This document shows positions 36,959 through 46,855 of a DNA stretch of 64,000 nucleotides, piece after piece. The notes under the pieces were generated by a model. It was not told the origin of the DNA. It worked only from the letters and a program-made list of their open reading frames with translations, and did no database searches. A program made the translations under genes and the position numbers. The first letter of the stretch is position 1; each line of letters opens with the position of its first letter. Origin of the DNA: an uncultured Anaeroplasmataceae bacterium (GTDB lineage: Bacteria; Bacillota_I; Bacilli_A; Acholeplasmatales; Anaeroplasmataceae); contig CAZJPL010000001.1 in the NCBI GenBank assembly GCA_964547945.1, positions 345 to 64,344 on the forward strand, written 5' to 3'.

Positions 36959-38243
36959 ATTCTTCTTTTACCTCTTTTATCTTAGTTAAAGCCCTAATAC
37001 CATATTCCTTTTTTCTTTCTTTTTTACCTACTTGTTTATCTAATGGAGGTAAAATACCAAAATTAGCATTCATAGGTAAAAAGTTTTCTTGAGGAGTAGC
37101 TATATAATTAAGTAGAGAACCTATTACTGTTTCTGTAGGAAATGTAATCATTTCTTTATTATTAATATATAAATCTAAATTAATAGCAGCCACAAGTCCA
37201 CTAGCAAAACTCTCAACATATCCTTCAACCCCACTTAATTGTCCAGCAAAGAATAATTTAGGATATAGTTTAGTTTGTAAGGTAGAATTAATTATTTTAG
37301 GAGCATTAATATATGTATTTTTATGCATTCTACCATATTTAGCAAACCTTACATTTTCTAAACCAGGTATTAAACTAAATACTCTTTTTTGTTCAGGAAA
37401 TTTTAAATGAGTTTGAAAACCTACTATATTATACATAGTCCTTGAAACATCATCTTGTCTTAATTGTACTACTGCGTAAGGAAAAATACCTTCAGGTGTT
37501 CTTAAACCTACTGGTTTCATAGGGCCAAAAGTTAAAGTTTGAGGTCCTCTTTTAGCCATAATTTCAATAGGCATACAAGCCTCAAAAACCTTTATTTCAT
37601 AATCTCTAACTTCAACTTCTTCAGCACTTATTAATTCATTATAAAATATATCAAACTCTTCTTTAGTAAAAGGACAGTTTAGATAATCAGCTTCTCCTTT
37701 ATCATATCTAGATTTAAAATAAACCTTATCATAGTTTATACTATCAGCATATATTATTGGAGCCTGTGCATCAAAAAAATAAAAATCGTCTAAACCAAAT
37801 AATCTTTTTATCTCTAAACTTAAACTATCACTAGTTAAAGGACCTGTCGCAATTATAGTATATTCATCAGGGTTGATAATAGTAACTTCTTCTTCAATTA
37901 TCTTAATATTAGGAATATTTTTGATAATATTTGTTACCATCTCACTATACTTTTCTCTATCAACAGCTAAAGAAGCTCCAGCAGGTACTTTATTTTCTTT
38001 TGCACATCTAAGAATTAATGAATCAAATTCTTCCATCTCAGCCTTTAATATACCACAGGCATTTTCTAATGAATCTGATTTTAAACTATTTGAACAAACA
38101 AGTTCTGCAAGTTTATCAGTTTTGTGAGCAGGAGTATATTTTTTAGGACGCATCTCATATAATAATACTTCATGACCTAATTTAGCTAACTGATAACTTG
38201 CCTCAGCCCCAGCTAACCCGCCACCTATAACTTTTATTCGCAT
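36936..38243 (-). CDS. trmFO: methylenetetrahydrofolate--tRNA-(uracil54-C5)-methyltransferase TrmFO
   Basis: VIGGGLAGAEAS..., ELVCSNSLKS; 435 aa. Confidence 0.95.
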   Translation of the reverse strand: MRIKVIGGGLAGAEASYQLAKLGHEVLLYEMRPKKYTPAHKTDKLAELVCSNSLKSDSLENACGILKAEMEEFDSLILRCAKENKVPAGASLAVDREKYSEMVTNIIKNIPNIKIIEEEVTIINPDEYTIIATGPLTSDSLSLEIKRLFGLDDFYFFDAQAPIIYADSINYDKVYFKSRYDKGEADYLNCPFTKEEFDIFYNELISAEEVEVRDYEIKVFEACMPIEIMAKRGPQTLTFGPMKPVGLRTPEGIFPYAVVQLRQDDVSRTMYNIVGFQTHLKFPEQKRVFSLIPGLENVRFAKYGRMHKNTYINAPKIINSTLQTKLYPKLFFAGQLSGVEGYVESFASGLVAAINLDLYINNKEMITFPTETVIGSLLNYIATPQENFLPMNANFGILPPLDKQVGKKERKKEYGIRALTKIKEVKEEYERKRSY

Positions 38244-38917
38244 TTCTCATACTCCCTTTTAACCCAAATAATTGGGTCTATATTATTTTTAATTAGAAAA
38301 TCATTAGTTTTACTAAAAGGTCTACTTCCAAAAAAACCTTGATAAGCAGATAATGGCGAAGGATGAGGACTTTTTAATATCAAATGTTTAGGATTTGATA
38401 GAAAACTTGCCTTTTTAATAGCGAAGTTGCCCCATAAAATAAAGACTATTGGTCTATCTATTTTATTAATCATTTTAATAATATTATCAGTTAAAATATT
38501 TGAACCAAAACTGACATGACTATTAGCCTTACCTTCTTCTACTGTTAAGGTACTATTTAAGAGTAGTACTCCTTGTCTAGCTAAATAAGATAGATCTCCA
38601 TCTTGATTAACTTCTAAATTTAAGTCACTAGACATTTCTTTATAAATATTAATTAAACTAGGTGGTAATTTTTTAGCATTCGTACTAAAGGCAAGACCAT
38701 TTGCCTGACCATATTCATGGTAAGGATCTTGACCTAAAATAACCACTTTAATATCATCTATTTCTGTCAAATCTAAAGCTTTTAAAATATCTTCTTTAGG
38801 AGGATAACAAGTTCTATTTTGATAGGCTTCTTCGGTCAGAGTTATCAATTTATTAAAATAATCATTTGTCTTTTCTTTTTCTAGAAACTCTATCCACTTC
38901 ATAAAAGCCACCTTCAA
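38234..38917 (-). CDS. ung: uracil-DNA glycosylase
   Basis: GQDPYH and HPSPLSA motifs; an alternative start at 38902 is possible. Confidence 0.93.
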   Translation of the reverse strand: MKVAFMKWIEFLEKEKTNDYFNKLITLTEEAYQNRTCYPPKEDILKALDLTEIDDIKVVILGQDPYHEYGQANGLAFSTNAKKLPPSLINIYKEMSSDLNLEVNQDGDLSYLARQGVLLLNSTLTVEEGKANSHVSFGSNILTDNIIKMINKIDRPIVFILWGNFAIKKASFLSNPKHLILKSPHPSPLSAYQGFFGSRPFSKTNDFLIKNNIDPIIWVKREYEKCE

Positions 38918-39782
38918 AATGTAATTTCCTTGTTTCTATTCTAGCTCTAATTACCATACTTAATCCTATCAATATACAAATACTTACCATAATATAATTA
39001 GTTATGGAGATTATATTATTATCAAAAGTTTGATTTCCTGTTCCAAATAAAGTTATTAAAGTAGTCTCTAAGTTTAATAATGATACTAAAGCTTCAGTTA
39101 GATTAATATTCCTCAAAGATCTAGTTATTAAGTCTCTTTTCTTTCTTGCCTTAAACCAGTTATAACTTCCCATTATTAATTTATAAAAGGTAATTAAAGC
39201 CATGACATAAGCATGAATATTAGTATTAATATCTATATCTTGTTCTGGCATTTGAATATACATAGTAATCATTAAAATAGGCAAACATAAAAGTAATAAC
39301 CCAGATCTTCTATATGTTTGAATAATTTTCTTTGGTTTATTCTTATTATTAACATAATCATATAAAGACATTTCTCTTATCATGAATAAGATAAAATAAT
39401 AAGCCGATAATGTTAAATACCAATAAGAAAAGTTAAATATAGTAAATCCAAAATAATAACAAATAAAAGCCAAATTTAATATTAAAGAAAAAGATGAAAG
39501 AAAAGCTGTCCTAAAATTATAATCAGTGACAAATCTTCTTGTATATTTAAACTTGCATAATAAATTATAAAAATATTCTTTTATTCTTTTATAATTATAA
39601 ATAGAAAAGATTATCAAATATATTAATGATATAAAAGCTAAAGCATATATAATTATATCAATAAAATTATTTACTATAATTCTTTCAGTTACAGTTAATA
39701 TGGAAAGGATAATAAATATAATGGCTAATATAAAACTTAAAAAAGCAACAAATAAAGGTTGTTTTTTTATTAAATTACGCAT
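38862..39782 (-). CDS. hypothetical polytopic membrane protein
   Basis: 306 aa, 7-8 hydrophobic segments, basic C-terminal tail; no family recognised. Confidence 0.5.
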   Translation of the reverse strand: MRNLIKKQPLFVAFLSFILAIIFIILSILTVTERIIVNNFIDIIIYALAFISLIYLIIFSIYNYKRIKEYFYNLLCKFKYTRRFVTDYNFRTAFLSSFSLILNLAFICYYFGFTIFNFSYWYLTLSAYYFILFMIREMSLYDYVNNKNKPKKIIQTYRRSGLLLLCLPILMITMYIQMPEQDIDINTNIHAYVMALITFYKLIMGSYNWFKARKKRDLITRSLRNINLTEALVSLLNLETTLITLFGTGNQTFDNNIISITNYIMVSICILIGLSMVIRARIETRKLHFEGGFYEVDRVSRKRKDK

Positions 39783-39846
39783 TACATCACTTCCTTATCT
39801 CAAGTATTATATCAAAATTGATATACTATTTAAAGAATAAAAAAAG

Positions 39847-41142
39847 CTATAAAAACATAGCCATGTATAGTGGTAATGTTAAAATATTATTTGAATACCC
39901 GACATTACCATATACTAATTTAATACCTTCCATATCTTTATTTTCTTTTAATATGGTAGATAGTGATTTGGCTTTATTATTAGCTTTTACTTCAATTGGC
40001 GTTATTTTTCCATTTTTAGATAATACAAAATTTAATTCTAATGTATTCTTTCTATTATAAAAATATAATTTATTACCTTGAGAATATAATACTTGAGCTA
40101 TTATATTTTCAAATATAGCTCCTTTATATATTCCTAAGTTACCTTCTATAATTTGAACATTAGTTCCTTCATCAAGCATAGCGACTAATAACCCAGTATC
40201 TGCTATATATAATTTAAAATAATCGTCTTCCTTATATCCTATTAAAGGTAATTCTAAATTAGATACATTATTACATATATTAACTATTCCAGCATCAATT
40301 AACCAATTAATACTACCAGCATACTTATCTCTTCTGCCATTCTTATCAAACTGCTTATACATAAATTTCTTATTATCTTTAGCTAATTGAGCTGGTATAC
40401 TTTCAAAACAAGCTCTAGCCTTTACTTTTTTTGTAGATATAGCATATTTAGCTATATCATTTTTATAATCAATCAATATATTTTTTTGAATATTTAATAC
40501 TTCTTCATAATTATGATTATTTATAAAGGTATTAACTACATTAGGCATACCACCAATTACTATATATTGTTTAAAATATTCTAATATTTTATTATTCATA
40601 GCTTCATTTACTAATTTTTTATTAAGATAACATTCTCTTAGTATAGAAATAACATTATCATCAATATGATTAGCCCATAAAAACTCTTTGAAACTAAGTG
40701 GATGCATATCTAAAAATTCTACATATCCAGTAGGATATGAAGATACTTCTTCATAATTTATTCCTAAAAGAGAACCAGAAGCTATTACATCATATCTTTT
40801 ATCTATCGCAAAAAACTTTAAAGCAGTTCTAGCATTAGGGCATAACTGTATTTCATCAAGAAATATAAGTGTTTTATAAGGTACTAAAGATAATGATTCC
40901 TTAGGGACATATAAAGATATATTAGCTAAAATAGTATTAATATCTAAATCACCATCAAATATCTTTTTAGCAGTAGGATTTTCTACAAAATTAATACTTA
41001 TAAAATTTTCATAATTTTCCCTACCAAATTTCTCTACTATATAAGTTTTACCTACTTGTCTCGCACCGCTTATAATAAGACATTTTTTATCACTTTTACT
41101 TTTCCATTCTATTAATTTATCTTCTATTTCTCTTTTTAACAT
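39847..41142 (-). CDS. AAA+ ATPase of the AAA_14/DUF4143 family
   Basis: Walker A ISGARQVGKTY, Walker B IFLDEIQ, DUF4143-like C-terminal half. Start ATG 41142 after GAGGTG. Confidence 0.85.
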   Translation of the reverse strand: MLKREIEDKLIEWKSKSDKKCLIISGARQVGKTYIVEKFGRENYENFISINFVENPTAKKIFDGDLDINTILANISLYVPKESLSLVPYKTLIFLDEIQLCPNARTALKFFAIDKRYDVIASGSLLGINYEEVSSYPTGYVEFLDMHPLSFKEFLWANHIDDNVISILRECYLNKKLVNEAMNNKILEYFKQYIVIGGMPNVVNTFINNHNYEEVLNIQKNILIDYKNDIAKYAISTKKVKARACFESIPAQLAKDNKKFMYKQFDKNGRRDKYAGSINWLIDAGIVNICNNVSNLELPLIGYKEDDYFKLYIADTGLLVAMLDEGTNVQIIEGNLGIYKGAIFENIIAQVLYSQGNKLYFYNRKNTLELNFVLSKNGKITPIEVKANNKAKSLSTILKENKDMEGIKLVYGNVGYSNNILTLPLYMAMFL

Positions 41143-41303
41143 ACGATCACCTCGCATCTTAATTTTACTAATAAAAATAGATAAGTCAATATAAATCGCA
41201 TTTTTTCGTATGAATTATAATACTTTTATAACACTTTCTCCTATGAATGTTATTATAGTAATGACACTTTTTGTTATTTTATATAAAATTATTTAAAATA
41301 AAA

Positions 41304-41331
41304 ACAGATAGCAAGATGACTTACTACCTGT
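41304..41331 (-). terminator. terminator after the pfl genes
   Basis: ACAGGTAG...CTATCTGT followed by TTTTTATTTT on the minus strand. Confidence 0.7.
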
Positions 41332-41346
41332 TAATTTATTATTTAA

Positions 41347-41577
41347 TTACATTGATTCATGGATTGTTCTACTGATAACATCATCTTGTTGTTCTTTTGT
41401 TAATTTGATGAAGTTAACAGCATAACCTGATACTCTTATAGTTAATTGAGGATATTTTTCTGGATGTTTTTGAGCATCTAATAAGGTATCACGGTTAAAT
41501 ACATTAACATTTAAATGATATCCTCCATCGCCTACATAGGCATCTAACATTTGAACTAAATTATCTACTCTTGACAT
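41347..41577 (-). CDS. stand-alone glycyl-radical domain (C-terminal module of pyruvate formate-lyase, GrcA/YfiD-like)
   Basis: ...[36 protein letters not shown]..., which carries the glycyl radical motif RVSGYAV. Own ATG with GGAGGAG 3 nt (GGAGG core 5 nt) upstream. Confidence 0.9.
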   Translation of the reverse strand: MSRVDNLVQMLDAYVGDGGYHLNVNVFNRDTLLDAQKHPEKYPQLTIRVSGYAVNFIKLTKEQQDDVISRTIHESM

Positions 41578-41586
41578 ATTCTCCTC

Positions 41587-43620
41587 CTATTCGTCATCTT
41601 TACCAAGAGATTGTGGTGTTACAGAGAAAGTATTAGAAATACCATCTCTTGAATATTCATATGGCAATTTAGCTACTGATTCTAATGAAGCTAAGGCACC
41701 ATGTGTATCACGACCATGCATTGGGTTAGCACCTGGAGCTAAAGGTTCACCAGCTTTTCTACCATCTGGTGTATTACCTGTCTTTTTACCATAAACTACA
41801 TTTGAAGTAATAGTTAAAATAGACATTGTAGCTTCAGATTCACGATAAGTATAATGTTTTTTAATCTTATTCATGAATGTTTTTACTAACCATACAGCTA
41901 TTTCATCTACTCTATCATCATTATTACCATATTTAGGGAAGTCTCCTTCAGTTTTAAAATCAGTAATTAAACCAAATTCATTTCTAATAGGATAAACCTT
42001 AGCATATTTAATAGCTGATAATGAGTCAACAGCACAAGATAGACCTGCAATACCAGTAGCAAAGAATCTATGAACATTAGTATCATGTAAAGCCATTTCT
42101 AAAGCTTCATATGAATATTTATCATGCATATAATGGATTAAGTTTAATGTATTAACATATAAACCTGCTAACCATTCCATCATTTGTTCATATTTTTCTA
42201 CTACTTCTTCATAAACTAAAACATCATCACTAGTGATACTTTCATATTTAGGTGATACTTGAAGAGGTTTTTTAGTAACTTTATCTAAAGTTAACTCATC
42301 TCTACCACCATTTAAAGCATATAATAAACATTTAGCTAAGTTAGCTCTTGCTCCAAAGAATTGCATATCTTTACCAACACGCATTGAAGATACACAACAA
42401 GCTATACAGTAATCATCCCCCATTTCAGGACGCATTAAATCATCTGATTCATATTGGATAGCTGATGTTTTAATAGACATCTTTGCACAATATCTTTTAA
42501 AGTTCATTGGTAAGTTTTTAGACCATAAAACAGTTAAGTTTGGTTCTGGAGCTGGTCCTAGATTATCTAGAGTATGAAGTATTCTAAAAGATGTTTTTGT
42601 TACTAAACTTCTACCATCAACACCCATACCACCAATAGATTCAGTTACCCAAGTAGGATCTCCTGAAAATAATTCATTGTATTCTTTAATACGCATGAAT
42701 TTAACTATTCTTAATTTCATTACGAAATGATCTATTAATTCTTGAGCTTCTTCTTCAGTAATAATACCAGCTTTAAGATCACGTTCAATATAGATATCTA
42801 AGAATGTAGTATTTCTACCTATAGACATCGCTGCCCCGTTTTGATCTTTAACAGCGGCTAAATAACCAAAATATAAAGCTTGAATAGCTTCTTTAGCGTT
42901 AGTTGCAGGTTCTGAAATATCACAACCATATGAACTAGCCATTTCTTTTAATTGTTTTAAAGCTTTAATTTGTTCAGCTAATTCTTCTCTATCTCTAATG
43001 CGATCAGGACGCATTTCACCATCAATTAAACTCTTATCTAATTCTTTATGTCTAATTAAATAATCTACGCCATATAAGGCAACTCTACGGTAATCTCCAA
43101 CTATTCTACCTCTACCATAAGTATCAGGTAAACCAGTTAAGATATGAGCTGTTCTCGCTCTTCTCATTTCAGGAGTATATGCATCATAAACACCATCATT
43201 ATGGGTTTTACGATATTTAGTAAATATTTCTTTTACTCTATCAGTAACTTGATAGTCATACATTCCAGCTGCCTGAACAGCCATTTTAATACCACCAAAT
43301 GGTTGTAAGCTTCTTTTAAATGGTTTATCTGTTTGTAAACCAACTATTTTTTCTAGTTTTTTATCTAAATATCCTGGCGCATGACTAGTAATAGTAGATA
43401 CGATATCAGTATCAGCATCTAATACACCGCCAGCTTCTCTTTCTTTTTTAGATAGGTCTAATACTATATCCCATAATTTAGTAGTAGCGGTTGTTGGTCC
43501 TACTAAAAAAGATTCATCTCCATCATATGGATTATAATTTCTTTGGATGAAATCTCTAACATTAATTTCATCATTACTCCATTTACCGGGAACAAATCCT
43601 TCCCATCCCTTATATGTCAT
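41587..43620 (-). CDS. pflB: pyruvate formate-lyase, catalytic core (lacks the glycyl-radical C-terminus)
   Basis: Active-site CIACCVS (Cys-Cys) and collinear PflB-like sequence by eye, ending ...SLGKDDE then TAG. Confidence 0.93.
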   Translation of the reverse strand: MTYKGWEGFVPGKWSNDEINVRDFIQRNYNPYDGDESFLVGPTTATTKLWDIVLDLSKKEREAGGVLDADTDIVSTITSHAPGYLDKKLEKIVGLQTDKPFKRSLQPFGGIKMAVQAAGMYDYQVTDRVKEIFTKYRKTHNDGVYDAYTPEMRRARTAHILTGLPDTYGRGRIVGDYRRVALYGVDYLIRHKELDKSLIDGEMRPDRIRDREELAEQIKALKQLKEMASSYGCDISEPATNAKEAIQALYFGYLAAVKDQNGAAMSIGRNTTFLDIYIERDLKAGIITEEEAQELIDHFVMKLRIVKFMRIKEYNELFSGDPTWVTESIGGMGVDGRSLVTKTSFRILHTLDNLGPAPEPNLTVLWSKNLPMNFKRYCAKMSIKTSAIQYESDDLMRPEMGDDYCIACCVSSMRVGKDMQFFGARANLAKCLLYALNGGRDELTLDKVTKKPLQVSPKYESITSDDVLVYEEVVEKYEQMMEWLAGLYVNTLNLIHYMHDKYSYEALEMALHDTNVHRFFATGIAGLSCAVDSLSAIKYAKVYPIRNEFGLITDFKTEGDFPKYGNNDDRVDEIAVWLVKTFMNKIKKHYTYRESEATMSILTITSNVVYGKKTGNTPDGRKAGEPLAPGANPMHGRDTHGALASLESVAKLPYEYSRDGISNTFSVTPQSLGKDDE

Positions 43621-43684
43621 ATTTTCACTTCTTTCTTTAAAATCGTTATGATAATATCAAATTGTCTATATCTTTTCAAGTTTT

Positions 43685-44131
43685 TTACTCATTTTCTAAG
43701 ATATCTAATAATTTATCAATTTCGTTTTCAGAAAAACAAATTATATTATTTTCTCTTAATAATCTAGTAGTTATACCACTACCTTTTATAACTTTACTAG
43801 AAAATGAGCCATCATATATAATATTTATCCCACAAGAAGGACTTTTTTCTTTTAATATTGCGTATTTAATATTATTTTCTTTAGCTATATTTAAGGCTTT
43901 ATTTGCCCCTAAATAAAAGTTATTTGTAAGATCTATATTATCTTTATTAACAACTTTATTACCTCTTATTTCACTAGGAGATCTAGGTATACTTAAATTA
44001 CCCATAACTTCAGGACAAATAGGTATAAGCTCATATTTTTCTTTTAGTTTTAAAACTAAATTATTTAAATTATTTTTACCATTATATTTAACATTATTAC
44101 CTAGTAGACAAGAACTAACTAATATCTTCAT
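43685..44131 (-). CDS. DUF523 (TudS-like) family protein
   Basis: MKILVSSCLLG..V.Y.G....; CPEV...PR.P.E pattern. Confidence 0.75.
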   Translation of the reverse strand: MKILVSSCLLGNNVKYNGKNNLNNLVLKLKEKYELIPICPEVMGNLSIPRSPSEIRGNKVVNKDNIDLTNNFYLGANKALNIAKENNIKYAILKEKSPSCGINIIYDGSFSSKVIKGSGITTRLLRENNIICFSENEIDKLLDILENE

Positions 44132-44132
44132 T

Positions 44133-45410
44133 TTAAAATATATCTTTTCTAATAATAGTTTCTGTTCTTTCAGGGCCTACTGATATTATATCTACTGGTA
44201 TCTTAGTATATTCTTCTATAGTTTCTATATATTTTTTAGTTTCTTCAGGTAGCTCTTCATATGATTTTATCTTAGATATATCACTATTCCATCCCTTTAA
44301 AGTAATATAATTAGGAATACATCTAGAATATTCATTTAAAGTAGCTGGAATAGTATTTATAACTTTATTATCTAAAGTATAAGATACACATATCTTTATT
44401 TCATCTAGGCCAGTTAATACATCAAATAACATTAAAGCTAGAGAATCTACTCCAGATATTCTTTTAGCATAATTTATTACTACTAAATCTAGATATCCTA
44501 CTCTTCTAGGACGTTTAGTAACTGTACCGTATTCATGACCACGTTCTCTTATAGTATTAGCTATTTCATCATGTAATTCAGTAGGGAAAGGACCTTCACC
44601 TACTCTTGTGGTATAAGCCTTACAAATACCTATACAATGATCGATATATTTAGGAGCTATACCTGTGTTTAAAGGAATAGAGGCAGCAGTTGGGCTTGAT
44701 GAAGTAACATAAGGATAAGTACCATGATCAAGACATAACATGTTACCTTGGGCTCCTTCAAATAAAATATTTGTATCTTTTTCTATTTCTTTTTCTAATA
44801 ATAAAGAAGTATCACATACATATGGTTTTAATCTCTTACCATATTCTAGATATTCATTATATAAAGAATTGAAATCTAAAGGTTCTATATTAAACATTTC
44901 TAATTCTTTATTTTTAATTACTAAGGTATTTTTTAATACTTCTTTAAAACTTTCTTCATCTATTAGGTCGCCCATTCTTATACCAATACGATTTACTTTA
45001 TCAGCATAACAAGGTCCTATACCTTTTTTAGTAGTACCTATTTTTTTATCACCTTTAAAACTCTCATAAGCACCATCTAATAAAATATGATAAGGCATGA
45101 CAACATGAGCTCTATTTGATATATATAATTTAAAATCTTTAATACCTCTAGATATTAAACCATCTAATTCTCTTAAAGCTTCTTTAGGATTAATAACCAT
45201 TCCATTAGCTAAAACATTTTTAATATTAGGATTAAATATACCTGAAGGAATAGTTTGAAGGGCATATTTTTCTTTACCTATTAAGATGGTATGACCTGCG
45301 TTATTACCACCTTGACTTCTAACAACAACATCAGCTTTTTGACTTAAAAAATCAGTTAATTTACCCTTTCCTTCGTCTCCCCACTGACATCCTACAACAG
45401 CTAAACGCAT
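44133..45410 (-). CDS. purA: adenylosuccinate synthase
   Basis: GCQWGDEGKGK, GTTKKGIGP. Confidence 0.96.
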   Translation of the reverse strand: MRLAVVGCQWGDEGKGKLTDFLSQKADVVVRSQGGNNAGHTILIGKEKYALQTIPSGIFNPNIKNVLANGMVINPKEALRELDGLISRGIKDFKLYISNRAHVVMPYHILLDGAYESFKGDKKIGTTKKGIGPCYADKVNRIGIRMGDLIDEESFKEVLKNTLVIKNKELEMFNIEPLDFNSLYNEYLEYGKRLKPYVCDTSLLLEKEIEKDTNILFEGAQGNMLCLDHGTYPYVTSSSPTAASIPLNTGIAPKYIDHCIGICKAYTTRVGEGPFPTELHDEIANTIRERGHEYGTVTKRPRRVGYLDLVVINYAKRISGVDSLALMLFDVLTGLDEIKICVSYTLDNKVINTIPATLNEYSRCIPNYITLKGWNSDISKIKSYEELPEETKKYIETIEEYTKIPVDIISVGPERTETIIRKDIF

Positions 45411-45412
45411 AA

Positions 45413-46822
45413 TTATTCACCTAACCTAGTTATAATATTTCTAGCAACCCAGACACCATTAGCTCCAGCTTGAGCTAGACCTCTAGTTAAACCAGCTCCG
45501 TCGCCACCTACATAAAATCCTGAAATCTTAGTTTCAAAATATTCATTTACTACTGGTCTTGCTGAATAGAATTTAGCTTCTACTCCGTAAAATAAAGTAT
45601 GTTCATTAGCGATACCAGGAGTTACATGATCTAAAGCTTCTACCATTTCAATAATTGATTTCATAGTATTATAAGGTAAAACCAAACCTAAATCGCCAGG
45701 AACAGCTTCTTTTAAAGTAGGTCTTACAAAACCTTCTTCTAATCTCTTATAAGTTGTTCTTCTACCTTTTTTAATATCTCCATATCTTTGAACTATTACT
45801 GAACCACAAGATAATTGATTAGCTAAACGAGATACTTCATGAGCGTATTCATTTGGTTTATTAAATGGTTCAGAAAATTTATGAGATACAAGTAAGGCAA
45901 AGTTAGTATTAGTACTACCTAATTTAGGATCTCTATAAGCATGTCCATTAGCCAAAATAGTACCACTATGATTTTCAACTACGACATATCCACTAGGATT
46001 TGAACAGAAAGTTCTTACTTCAGTACCTACTGAAGTACGATACATGAACTTGCCTTCATATAAATTCTTATTTATTTCTTCCATTATAATATCGTTAGTT
46101 TCTACTCTAACACCAATATCTACTTGGTTATGAGTAAGATTAATGTCATGTTCTTCACATATAGATTGAAGCCATCTAGCCCCATCTCTACCAGCAGCCA
46201 AAAAGACATATTTAGCATCTATAACTTCTTCACCTATTTTAATACCTTTAGCTTTATCATTTTCGATAATAACATCAGTAACTTCAGATTTAAAACGCAT
46301 ATCTATTTTAGTTATTAAGAAATCATAAATAGCTTTCATTATTTGTAGGTTAACCTCAGTGCCTAAATGTCTAACTTCAGCTCTTAGCAATTTTAAGCCA
46401 ACAGCGTAGCCTCTTTTTTCAATTTCTGTAACTTTATCAGTTCTAGGATCTGTCAAACCTACATTAGCTCCGTATTTTAAATTTATAGAATCAACATATC
46501 TAATTAAATCTAGAACAGTCTCAGCCGAAAGATAATCAGTCATCCAACCACCAAATTCACTAGTTATGTTAAATTTACCATCACTATACGCACCTGCTCC
46601 ACCAAAACCATTGGTCATAGAACAAGCAGGATAACATCCAGCATATCCTTTTTTATTCATAGGACATTTAGCTAATTTATGTTCTAAGACAGGACAATGT
46701 CTACTATAAATATCTACACCTTTATCAACTAATAAAACCTTTAAATCTGGCTTTTTAGTTATTAATTCATAAGCACAATAAATACCTGCAGGACCTGCCC
46801 CAACTATTGCTACATCATACAT
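45413..46822 (-). CDS. FAD-dependent oxidoreductase (COG2509-like)
   Basis: N-terminal dinucleotide fold YDVAIVGAGPAG and C-terminal GGDGAG. Confidence 0.75.
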   Translation of the reverse strand: MYDVAIVGAGPAGIYCAYELITKKPDLKVLLVDKGVDIYSRHCPVLEHKLAKCPMNKKGYAGCYPACSMTNGFGGAGAYSDGKFNITSEFGGWMTDYLSAETVLDLIRYVDSINLKYGANVGLTDPRTDKVTEIEKRGYAVGLKLLRAEVRHLGTEVNLQIMKAIYDFLITKIDMRFKSEVTDVIIENDKAKGIKIGEEVIDAKYVFLAAGRDGARWLQSICEEHDINLTHNQVDIGVRVETNDIIMEEINKNLYEGKFMYRTSVGTEVRTFCSNPSGYVVVENHSGTILANGHAYRDPKLGSTNTNFALLVSHKFSEPFNKPNEYAHEVSRLANQLSCGSVIVQRYGDIKKGRRTTYKRLEEGFVRPTLKEAVPGDLGLVLPYNTMKSIIEMVEALDHVTPGIANEHTLFYGVEAKFYSARPVVNEYFETKISGFYVGGDGAGLTRGLAQAGANGVWVARNIITRLGE

Positions 46823-46855
46823 TTTATCACCCCGTATATTATACTTGATATGGCC

